DNA from: Thalia democratica
Lineage: Eukaryota
Length of the DNA: 64,000 bases
Reading direction: 5' to 3'
NCBI GenBank assembly: GCA_965202585.1
Contig: OZ241828.1
Location: 41,044,001-41,108,000, forward strand
The notes beneath the pieces are model-generated. The model did no database searches and was not told the DNA's origin. It saw only the letters and a program-made list of their open reading frames with translations. This document shows positions 22,490 to 41,700 of this stretch, one piece after another. How positions within the stretch are numbered: position 1 is the stretch's first letter; each line of letters opens with the position of its first letter. Made by a program: the position numbers and the translations under genes.

Positions 22490-24980
22490 AGTTATAAATA
22501 TTTAAAGTGTGCTTACAATAATGATATATGATTATTAAATTCCTAAATTGTCTTTGTTTAGTATTTAAATCAGTTATCATTTTGTAAAACTTTGAATTTA
22601 TATCTTTTTTTATTTAAAACTGTGTAAGTTTTTTTTATAGGGTTCTTTTTTCTACATATAATTATTCTTACGCTCAACTATTAAAGTAGTTGTTTTTCTT
22701 AAAAAAATGTAATATTAATGTTGTTTTTTATTGCAAAAATTACTTAGATTACATTTTTAGTAATTATTATTTTTTACTTATAAGCGACTAATAAAACTAG
22801 TGTGTTTTCAAAAACTATTATAACACATTGCAAATTTATAGTTTATTAGACGCAATTTCGACTTTTCATCAGTCATTATTATTTACAAATCTGTACAAAA
22901 TAACTAAAAATTAGTGTTAAACAACTAAATATATAAGAAAAATTAATTATTTATATATATATGTAAACAGTTAAATATTAAAATTATAAACTACAGTAAA
23001 ACTACAGGTTACATAAATATTTTTACATGACAAAAAGTGTATATACAACTAATCAAAATTCTTAATGTGTCGGTAATACCCGGTTTAGTTAATTGTTTGT
23101 TTAAAATTGGATTTTAACGTTTAATTATAATTGCTACACACTTCTAAAATACCAAAACTTTTAACAGTTATTCTTTCATTTTTACAATTATTACAATTAC
23201 TAATGTGGTCAGACACAGCTGTTTTACCTTTTAAATGTTCTTTGACTCTTTCTATTAGTTGTCTCGAAGTAAATCCAATATATTGGATGCTCTTATCCTT
23301 GAGCACTTTTATTCGTATACTACGTTATATTTCAATTCGTGAGATGTTTTGTCTTTGTTGCTGAAGTAATTACTTACTTTGCTTGTAGTAAAAGTAACTT
23401 TGAAGTCTTCAATGTACTAGTTTAACTAGTTTTAATTTTCTAGTTTCTTTTTATATTCGCTACTTGGTTTTCCTATGTAAGGTACTTTTAGGATGTTTTT
23501 GAAGTTTTAAGTATTTAGTTTTTCATTAGTGCACACTTTATTGTTGTTAATATATCTTTAAACTACGCCACCAGCGAATTTATTTGGGTAACCATTTTTA
23601 TGAACTTTTCTTTTAAGTTTGTGATTTCTTGTTGTAAAATGTTTCAGTAGAAGCTATAATTTTTGCTCTAAACAAAAACCACAGTATTCAAGCCCTTTTC
23701 TATTTAGTTGGTGTCATTGCACTAAAATTTAAAATAACATCTGTATCAATTTCTTTTTTGTATACCTTCGTTATTACTTTTTCTGTCGTTATTTTGATTT
23801 TAATATCTAAAAATGGGAGTTCTTTTCCACTTTAAGTGAATTTTATTGATTTATGTAGGTTGTTTAATTTTTTGTGTAAGTTTTTAAATTAAACATCTTT
23901 TCGAAAGATACAGAATATGTCATCCACATATCAGAGGTATAGCACTGGATTGTTTTCATCTTCAGTGTTAAATAGTTGTTTTTCCAATGTTCCTATAAAG
24001 TAATTTGCTGTAGTAGGAGCTAACGGGTTTCCCATACCTACACCATCTATTTGTGTGTATAATTTCTTAATATACTGAAATACGCCTCCGGTAAATATTG
24101 ATCGTGTTTGATTTTGGTATGGTACTATCGGGTACTTCATCGGTAATCATCTGTAATTGGTACATTAGTGGATAATTACGTCAAAGCTAATACAGTAGTC
24201 ACCATCTTTACGTTCGTATTTGGAGAGTTTTTCTAAAAATTCTTTGTTATTTTCTACACAATATTGTTTTGGAATATGTGGTTTGATTATTTTATTCAAA
24301 TTTTTTGCAAAGTTGTATGACGTTGGATTTAACATTGATACAATAGGTCTCAATGGGTGTTGTTATTTATGTACTTTACACGTTCCATACAATTTACCAG
24401 TCGAGTTACCACCCGTAAATAGACTGTTATATGTCTTTTTGTCTATATGAGGCTTGAGGTTTTGTTTTATTATTTCTCTTATGTGTTGGATTCTTCTCAA
24501 GGGGTGTCTGGAGTTTTTTTCTATTGTCTTTTTCAACTAATTTAAACTTAGTCTTATATTCAACAATAGTATTTAGTTTGTTTAGATAATCATCTTTTGA
24601 AATCAAGCAAATACCATTTTCTTTGTCATATTTAACTATTTTTATATTTGTCTTATTTTTCATATTAAAAAGAGTTATGTGGAATTCTTGATTTTTCCTA
24701 GTTTGACATATTTGCTTTTTTTTTATTGAGAAACGTTCTTCTTAATCCATTGTTTTCATACTTTAGGTTGTGTGGAAGGTAACCTTTTCATTAAAGCATT
24801 TTTTAAGTAACTGTTCAACTTTTATAACTCAATTTTTATTATCTCAGCATCAATCTTTTTGGTAGAAAATGATGTTTTAATCCCCTGTAAAGACAATTTT
24901 TTTCTTCAATTGTTAAATTATACCTGGAATTTAGTAAGCAGTTTTGGCTTCTCGGTCTTTGTCTAAACCACATTTTTTTT
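22490..24980 (-). mobile_element. Penelope-like retroelement (RT + GIY-YIG endonuclease), decayed
   Basis: Minus-strand fragments LRPIVSMLNPTSYNFAKNLNKII, ISFDV, QIDGVGMGNPLAP, YVDD, and GIY-YIG YIGFTSRQLIERVKEH...AVSDH. Multiple stops and frameshifts. Ends approximate. Confidence 0.9.
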
Positions 24981-25092
24981 TCAATAAATGTGTTTTTAAA
25001 CAGTTTTTATATTATTGCTTGTTTTTGTTGTTATTATATATACTTAATTATTTATACATTTTTTTTTGTGTAAAAGCAATTAAAGTGTGTAA

Positions 25093-31839
<6,747 letters not shown>

Positions 31840-32700
31840 TTCTTCAGAAAGAGTTAATTTTTAATACGTACTGAATTTTTTTATATAAAATGCCCTGTTT
31901 AAAATAAACATTTATAAAAGACGGGCAGTTAATTCAATATTTTACATGTGCAAAGATTTTACCTCAAACAATCAACATGCAAAATGATTAGTCTGTTAAG
32001 TTGTATTAGTATTTTTTGTAATATTAGCTCTATTATAATATAATAAAATCACATTATCATTTAATCTTACTTTACATGTTAGTAGCTAATGTATGTAATT
32101 GATAAGTGCTAACTGTAAACATTTTTACAACGTCTATAAGTTTAAGTAGATATGTTTTTTATTTTTAATAACTTAAGTTAATAATACGTTTTTTATAAAA
32201 CGTAGTTCTTCGCTTTTATACTGACTTAAATTTAAAATTAATTTATAACTTAATGAAATTAGTTTAATTTTATTGAACAAAGTCACGATTATCAACGGAG
32301 AAAAGTTTCAAACTACATGTATTATTATATATTGTATACGTAAAAGCTACTTGCCCTGGAATCCAAGTTTTTTGGCATATATATATATATATTCTTATAT
32401 TCTGCCCTATCGCTAGTTGTCAATATTTATGTTAGAACTAACAATCTACAAAGAGATTTTACCAAGTAAATTTTGTGTTTATTAAAGCATTCAAGTAAAT
32501 TTGCTTTAATAAATTCAAACCCAAAAAACTTAGGTTTTAATTAAGTATATGAAAATTAGATAGTTTTTAGCTTTAAAAATGGTTTAATTTTATGCAAGCT
32601 AGTGTAATTTCACAAACCAAAACAAAGTGAAAAATCTGATTGAATTTTGTTTTTTAAATTACTTAATTTATTAGTGCTGTTTATAGCGCATACCACTAGT

Positions 32701-35700
32701 TTATGTTGCTATATTTTTTGGTGTATTTTTAGGGTTTAGTCGGTTATATCTACGATTTAGGTTTGAGTTTCTTATTTCTATTTGTTTCTGAATAATATTC
32801 ATACTCTCTTTGAACTTTTCCTGGCAGCTTATTGCTTCTTTGTCGGTAAACAAGAGTTCTCTAAACTCCCCAATATAGACCTATGGTATTTAGAATATTA
32901 AAGAGTACAATATCGTACAAAGAAGTATAAAAACTAAGAAACTACAGGTAAATTTGAATATTGCAAAAATATTTATTTGATCAAAATATGAAAAACTTAC
33001 CAGTACGTCATTTATTTAACTTAAATATCACGTGTAATTTGAATATTTGTAGCTTATTTTATTCTTAGATGTTTTTTAAATTAGATAACTGTCTTACGTC
33101 AGGTTCTGTAAATTGAGATAAAATGTAAGACATTGCCACTGCTTGAGCTGATTGTTTAGCGTCTGGTAAACTTTCTAGTATACGATGCATTGAACCCTGT
33201 AATTAAGTCGATTCAGTGTTCAATAATATCGTAAACCAGTTATTATCAAAATGAATTAAGATATAAAAGTGTATATTATTAGTCTAACATAACTTATGTA
33301 AAACTTATAAATAAAATAAACGAAGTCTTATGCAACTTTTAGAAAATTCGTAATGTACTTACTTTTTTTAATCTATACTTTAATGTTGAAAACTAAAATG
33401 CCGTTAATAAAGTGACTTTGTTTAAATGTTTTGTATTTTTTTATATGTTATAAATATCTAAAAACATTTTTTTATTAAAAAAGTAAATTTATAGATTTAC
33501 AGAAGCAAAAGTACGTGTACTTTTTTATAAACTATGCAAAACAAACCATTAGTTTTCAATAGTAAAACTTTCAAAGTAGTATTCTTTAACTTTACTAGTG
33601 TTTAGATAAAAGCTTTAAACATTGATTAGCAATCAAACTATAACAATGTATATTTATGCTTGGATCATCCTGTTTTCTAAACGACGATTTAAATGCAAAT
33701 AATATAGTTTTTAGAGCTAAAATTATAATTACTATAAAAATTTATTTGTAAAAAGTTTCATTTTAAAATATAGACAACCAAACAAGGACCAATTAATTTA
33801 ATTTGAATATAAATCAGTCATGGTCAATTAAACTGAAAAATAATTTTAACTTGTTAGTTTTTTTTTATCATGATTGAACCTATACTATTTATAGTTTATA
33901 CAAGTTTTTTAAACTTAAACAATAATTCTTTTCAATATACTACTGCAATTATTGCAATATTTCTAATTCTCAAAAAAAAAATCTATGTAGATTAAAAAAA
34001 AAGTAATTATACAAACTTCTCCCTTTTTGTGAGCAGGCAGATTCATGATAGTCGGTGAGTTAGGTACAAAATGATAATCATCAAACTGACCGAAGTTCAC
34101 TGCTGTGTGCTGAACTGAACATGTAAACATGATCGTTGTGCAGAAGTCGATCTTTAACAACAGTTTTGTACTTTAGAATCTCCTCAGTTTTAAAAAATCT
34201 TTAAGACTAATATTGTTAACTTGATAAAACAACAAGCATAGTTAGTAAAATAAAAACGAAAAAACTTGTTGAAGTATTGTACAAAATTTTAAGTTGTGTA
34301 AATTACAGTATAATTTTTTTTTAATGAGCAAAAAAATGGTTAACAGGTTTTTGTGTTATCTGCTTTAATGAAAATCTTGTTATTTTGATACATCATAAGC
34401 TATAAAACATTGCGCTCAGACAGTAAATTCTTCAGTTTATTAAATTACATGTTCAATTCAAGCAGCTGTAACATCATGTGTTAATACAAATTATTTATTT
34501 GAGTAAGTTTAAAAGTTATTGGATTTGTAACTCTTACTCATTAAATATTGTTTTGGACAATATTATTTGTCTTTAAAAAATACTTGAAAGTTATGTTTGT
34601 TTATTATTGGCCTTTACTCAGTCTTTCTTAATTAAACAAGATAAACTAATCTATTCAAGAAATCTATCTTCTACAATAACTTTTTTTCTGCTAATTATTT
34701 TAGTTTAATTGAATTACTTTTATATTAAAAAAAAAAACTATTTTATTATTAATGTTACCGTTTTGTACTAATAGAGGAGTTCTTGAACTTTAATTGTCAA
34801 CTAAATTTTAATATAAACTGCTTAAAATTCTAGATACTGTATCTTCTGACCAGGGATCGGCAAACTTCAGCTACGGTACACTTTTAATCTACGGTACACT
34901 TTTCAGCTAAAAGCGTTTTTTTTTAAACCAATGAAATAACTGCTTATAAACATATAACTTTGCTTATAAACATATAACTTGGCTCATAGTTTACTAGTTA
35001 GTAACTACTAATGCTTTATTATTGTGTATCCTATCACACTTTCGGTTTAAATTATATTTTTAGTAATGACTACATGTTTTATTTAATTGCGGCCCATTAG
35101 CAACTTTTCCTAGAAAATTTTTCCCGCGACTTATATAAGTCTGCCTACTCCTAAACTAAATTTCAAAATTAAGTATTCAGCAGAAACAACGCTTTTTTTA
35201 AATCTTAGTTTTACATAAGTTCTGTTTGTTATAACTATTTTTCAATTAAAAATTAAACGGTTTTATATTATAGTGTTTATTCTACTAATCCTTTTGTTAT
35301 AATTTAAAGTTGATACTTAATTTTATAGTAGTTTAATTCAGAAAATCAATTAACAAGTGATTGAATATCATTAAACTCAGTTGGAAATCCTCTTGTGTTT
35401 CCGTCCTCCCAGGCTATACCTTCTGTGACTATTTCATTAACCCAGTCTTGTATTTCGTAATCTTCAACAATATCCTTTTAAATAAAAAATATTGGATTAA
35501 CAAAATATGTAGCTCTGTATGTTGTTTAACTTATTTCATAGATATAAAAGTTCAAGAACTATACTTTTTTTCCTTATGATATAGGAACATAAAGTTGTTG
35601 TGTTATAAAATAGTATAGTACTTTTAGCCAGCTTGTTAAAATAAAGTCTTTAATAAAAAAACCTATATTTTTACTGAGAAAAACAGTAGTTTTTTTTCTT

Positions 35701-38700
35701 TATTAGTTTTTTTAGTTGTAAACATTGTTAGTAAACTTATGTTTTTATTAAAACCTATTAAAATTAAATATAGCGTAAAAGTTTCAATTAATTTAATCTA
35801 TAAATCTTACATAGTCATTTTTGTAATAGATTCTAAGTAAGTCATCTACAAAACTTTCAATTGCTTTCCACAAAGTCAGCGCATCATGAGCATACCAAAA
35901 ATTTGGGATTTTCTCAATCTTTAAACCTGCAAACAAATTCGATAGTTTAATTGATAAAATATAATGCAGATAGATACATTTTAAAAGCAGTATAGTTTTT
36001 TGTACAAAGGGTTTAGTTTTAAAGTAATTAAAACCTTGTTTAAATTTTTCTTTTAGTGTTAATTTATTATATTTAGACACAAAATAAAAACATTAAAAGA
36101 CCTAAAATAAAAATTTACAGATTTTGTACAATATTTTAAATTGTTTATGAATTAATTTTACATAAATTCATAAAACGATACTGATAAAAACTAAGCTAAA
36201 CTCAAAAAATATATAAATTAAACATTACTAATTGTAAAAAAAAACTTAATTCTTTTTTTCATTTTATTAACAAAACAATGTTTCACTTGTTTAGTTCAAA
36301 CAAGTGAAACATTGTTTTGTTAATCAAATGTTAAAATTTGAATTGATCATTCTCCTTATCATTAAATCGAGCACTTTTATTGTGATCTATAAAGTAAAAA
36401 GTACAGAATAAAGCTTAAAACTAAATGCTTGTTCAATGATCAATCTAATTTGAATAGACTAAACTAAAATAAATTCCAAAAACTTCTGAATAAAAATTGA
36501 CCATATAATTTTTTAGATTTAGTTATGTTTTTGGTTCCGAATTAAAACGTAATTGTAATTTTAATAAAGCTGTTAACTTTTTATGTAATCATTAGCATAA
36601 AAAATAATAACAGTTGTAGTTTATACACAGGTTGTTTAACTTTTCAAAACTAGTTACTTTAATCTTAAACATAATTTATTTTCCGCTAAAACAAATCTGA
36701 CCTTTTTCTATAATTATTCGAGGTATGTTCAACATTTCCCATTTGAAGCTCTTAAACATTTTCTTGATAAATGATTTTGCATCTAAAAATAAAGAAGAAT
36801 TAATTATTAAAAAAGTTTTCAAACTTAAGTATAATATAGTATCCACAAAAACTCTTTAAGTATACTTGTTTAGAGTCTTTACATAGAACTTTTCATTATT
36901 AAAAAACGAAAGTTTTACTTACTATTTATAGCAGGGTTTCTTAAAGTGGACCATATAGCCCCCTTAGGATCCATAAGCTGCATAGGGGTCAAAGGGGGAG
37001 TTAGTAGTTAAGGGGATGTAGAGGAGCACAAGGTCATAATTTGAAACTTACACTAAATACTCTAAAGTTCATGGTAAAGAGCAAAAAAGGTCTTATGCGT
37101 ATTTAAAGGCAGTTTTGAAACTTACACTAGGCCTGGGCTTAAGGTAACCATAAGCTGCAGAAGGGGCGAGCAAAAAAATAAATATTCATGAGTTGATAAT
37201 GAAGAAAAAAAAATCCTTAGGCGTATTTAACATTATTTTTTGAGAGAGGGGGCCATAGCTCTTTTAGTTTCTTCAAAGGAGGGGACACTTATGAAAAAAA
37301 AAATCGGAAATCCTGATTTATACAATGTTCAAGACTGAAAAATTCAACCAAACTTTTCGTTAGGTATAATACTGCATAGAAAAATCAAAATGTAGAAAGG
37401 GTTAGTGCTTGTCAAAGCTACGAATCGTAATATCGTTACAACAGATACACTAAGTTTTACGGGTGGGTGTATCTATTTTGCACGAGGGGACACTTTTGAA
37501 CGAAGACTTTTTTACCTTTTGGTAATAGTTTTTATTAGGTATACATTATTTTTGTATTACTGTTACCCCTACCGTTACCCTCGGTCGGTAATTTTTTTTT
37601 TTTTTTTAGTCTATGTTTTTTTCTAGTTTTTTATTCTTTTTTTTTTATTGTTTTATTTTTTATATATCATTTATACTATCACTGTTACCACTAACCCTTA
37701 CCCTCGGTCGGTAACTTTTTTTTGTCGTTTTCATTAACTAATCTTTTTTTTTTTTCTTTTTTTTTTACAAATTATTTTTTTTTTTTTAATATATATTTTT
37801 TACTCTCGTGCAAAAATGATCCTATGTCCAAAAGTGACCCATCATGCAAAAGTGACGCTCATGCAAAAGTGACTCGTTCCCAAGTTTTACCGGATGTATA
37901 CTTAAAATTTACGTATACTTGTGTTATAAATCGTTATTACTCTTTTTTTTAATGGAAACTTTATGTCATTTTTTTGTATGGTAACACCTAAAAGTAATTA
38001 AGTTTGAATAAAGTGTACATTTGTTTTAAAATAATTTTTATTTAATTTATTTTTTAACTAAAAATATTGTTCTACATGTTTTATTCACATTATTAAAAAA
38101 AGCTTAAATATAAAGAAATAAAGCAGCAAAAAAAGGAAGTTTAGTATCTAGTACATAATTTGTTGTACTTTGTGTTTTTATCTTAAAATAAAACAACCTA
38201 CTGTTACTTTTATAATTTTAAATTTTTATTTTATCATGTACCACTAAACTGAACCATTTTATTATCAACAATTGCCCATGACATACTATTCAACCTGGTT
38301 TCGCCCTCATTAGGACTCATCATGGGTACATAGTCATGGTGAATCGCCGGTCTAACCAAACGTGATTAATTAGCTTTGTATTGAAGCATCTATTTTTGGG
38401 TTAGTCGGGATAAACTAACGCAACTAAATTATCAAAACTAAAAGTATTATTTAAAACATTAAGAATTACCCACCAAGGAATAATTTTTAACTTGACCGGC
38501 ATTATTTTTTAACATATACACAGACACTTTATTTAAATTAAAAAATTATTAAAAAAAAAGTTAAAAAAAAGTTTTTAGACATTTTAACTTTGAAAAACAG
38601 GATGATTGTTTTATAGTTCAAGACAAATTGGAACGAAGGTAAAGTAATAAGCTTGTGTCGAACGTTTCTTACTTTTAACAGCGAAAACTGAAGTTTCCTA

Positions 38701-41700
38701 TAATAACATTAAAAAAAAGACTACAAAGTTAGATTGTTAACTTTGTTTTAAAAACTTGACCCGGTTAAACAAGTAAATAAGAAACAGATACAATAAAGTA
38801 GAAACGAATTTTTCTTCAAGTTTTTTTTTGGATTATTTAAAGCACTTCCACCTGTATTTTTTTCAATTTTTCAAAAATATGAAACTAAAAAAAATCTAGT
38901 TCATCGTTAAATATTAAGTAAAACTAAAAACGGTAATACAAAAAAAAAACTCTATTTAACTCTAATCCTATCAGAGAACTTTACCAAACTATTACTATTT
39001 TTAAACTCAATTTGTTATTAGTTATGATAGCAACTTTGTCGTAAAAGTTGTAGTAGGGTATTCGTTAAATATCATTTAACAAATACTCTACTACAAATAC
39101 ATTAAAAAAATTAAAATAAAAAACTTTACCGACGGACAAAGATCCAGCAACCTTTGACTTAGGTTGAAGTAAAATACTTCTTGCCATTGTATTGATCGAG
39201 AAAATAGTTTTGAGACTGGGTCTTAAAAGTTTATACACAGGATGGCATCTTGGAAGGCACCTAAAGAGTGCTAGTGCAATTGGTTCCATAATGCCATGTG
39301 TGTGCAAAAAGTGTGCTATCCACTGTTTAATTTATGTAAACTTATCGAACTTAAAATAAAAGAATCTTTAAAATTGTGTATAGTTTATTGAATATCAAAT
39401 AAAAAAGCAGTCAAAATATTTGGTCTTAGGACGACTAAATATCAAAGTATAAGCCTAAGTATCAAAAATAGCTTTAAGTTACCAACTCGGGGTAGCACAG
39501 ATCATTTGCATAAATAAAACAGTAGCAAACTTAAAAATTCAATTTTTTATAATAAAGTTATTAATTACTATACTTTAAAAGCAATTTATACATTTTGAAT
39601 GAAAAAATTAAACCCAAATTTTCAACTAATACAGCCACAACTAATGCAAATAAAAAAGATTTATAATAAAAATTATAAAGATACGTATGTTTATCAACTT
39701 AGAAGAAAATATTAATCAACGTCAATCTGTTTTCATGTTCAAACAACTTATACAGTTAATTACTTTTTAATTTGAAATACTTAATAGTTTTAAAGAACCA
39801 GTACCTAAAAATAACTATAGTTAAACTGGTCTCCTTTTTTATCGATTTTTATAATTATACTCTTATACTTTCTGTGAAATAACCGTGAAAATTGTTTTCT
39901 TTAGTTTTATTATTTTTAACTCAACCTTTTTTTAAAACATTTGTTTATTTATTTGAAAATGTTTACTTACCATGATTTTTGATCACTTTTAAACAGTTTT
40001 CGCTGATCTGTACAGTTTTAGCAATGAACAAACAATTTTTTACTCTTAATTACGTATCGATTGGTGAAAAGTATTTTAGTTTAGAAATAGTTAACTTTTA
40101 TTGATAGTACCTACTAATTACTATCACAAAGAGCAAACTAAAAACAACTTAATATTATCATTGTAAGACAGTTTAAACAAGAAACGTCTATTTCCTTGAA
40201 CAGCCAAGAATGATGCAACTAATAATATGTATCTAACACAAATAACATATTTCTAACATTTACTTTAAATTGCATACAACAAAATTATCTGAATAATATA
40301 TTGCTTTTATTACTTTTGAAAAAAAATCTTCAACGCCACTTTGTGATTTAATATAAAAATTTGGATTTTTTAGATAACATCATTAGTTTAAAATTACCAC
40401 AAATTAATTTTATAAAATCAAATTAAATATTTAATTTCACTTTAAAGCGTAACTAGTTTTAGCTCTACATTGTTTAGTAAGTATAAAAATAAACTAGAAT
40501 TCCGTACGAAAAATACAAAAAAAGAATTGTTTATTAATTTTAAATTGAAAGACAATAACTAACTCAAAGGTTTAGTTAAATGTTCATAAGGTATTTATTT
40601 CTTATTATTAGTTTTGTACTAATAGTTTTACCTCATGATAATTTGACAAGCTGCATCTATAGTGCATTTTAGCCAACATCCAATCAACTTGTGACTGACA
40701 ATCATCATGACCGGCAATATGCAAATACTGTCTATTACTCCGTTCTAATTGGATAGCAATAGGCACGAAATCGTCATTTTTGTTGATATATAAAAGAGCC
40801 ATTGCAGGGCAGCAGCTGGCCTTTTCGTTTGATGGTAAAGTTGTGTAAACAAGCTCATTTTCATCATCATTGTAAATAATGCTAAGATCAGAAATAAAAA
40901 CTAGTCCATTCTGTTGATAATTTTTTTATTAAACTAAAAAAAAAATCAAAAGTTTACTTAGCAAAACATAAAGATTATTTTTTGAAACTAACAAGGTTTT
41001 CTAAACTAACTTTTCGATCCTAATTTTTCTAATTCAGTATTTAGTCTTTAATTGAAAACTAGCGATGAAATAATTGTATAACTACAATAAAAGTAAATAA
41101 ATTTAAATTTCACCGAACAAATAATTTTTAGTATATCCACAATTTTACTAGTAAAAAATCATTTCTAGAAAAATTTTGTTTTTAAAACTAAATTTTATTA
41201 GTTGAAATGTAAAAAACAAGTTCATAGAGATGATTATTTTTTGGTATTATACACAAAAAATATAGCGAGCAATACAAATGTTTTTGTTTTATACTGATAA
41301 AAAGCGTTTAATATTATCAAAACTTATATTTCATAATAAGCAGTTAAAATATTTGATATCACTAAATATAACATTTTAAGCAGAAAACATTTTTTTCATT
41401 ATAGTTTTGCTATAAATCACATATTTTTACCTTGGTTTGGTGGTATCTTAAAAACTGTAGAAGTCGTCTTTTATGAAAGTTCTTTTCAAGTTTGTTTAAA
41501 AGGTGTTTAAGTTTCAGTTAAAAAGCTACTGGTAGATTAAAAATTAAATTAAGTAGTTAGTGCAGAGTTTGCCAGCCGTTTGTGAAACAAAACTTACTCA
41601 TGGGCCAAATATAAAAAAAGATATTTTGCTGGCCGTCAAAGTTTAGTGTAACAGCTTAACAAAAAACTGTGTTAACAACTAAACTATAGAAGACTTACAA

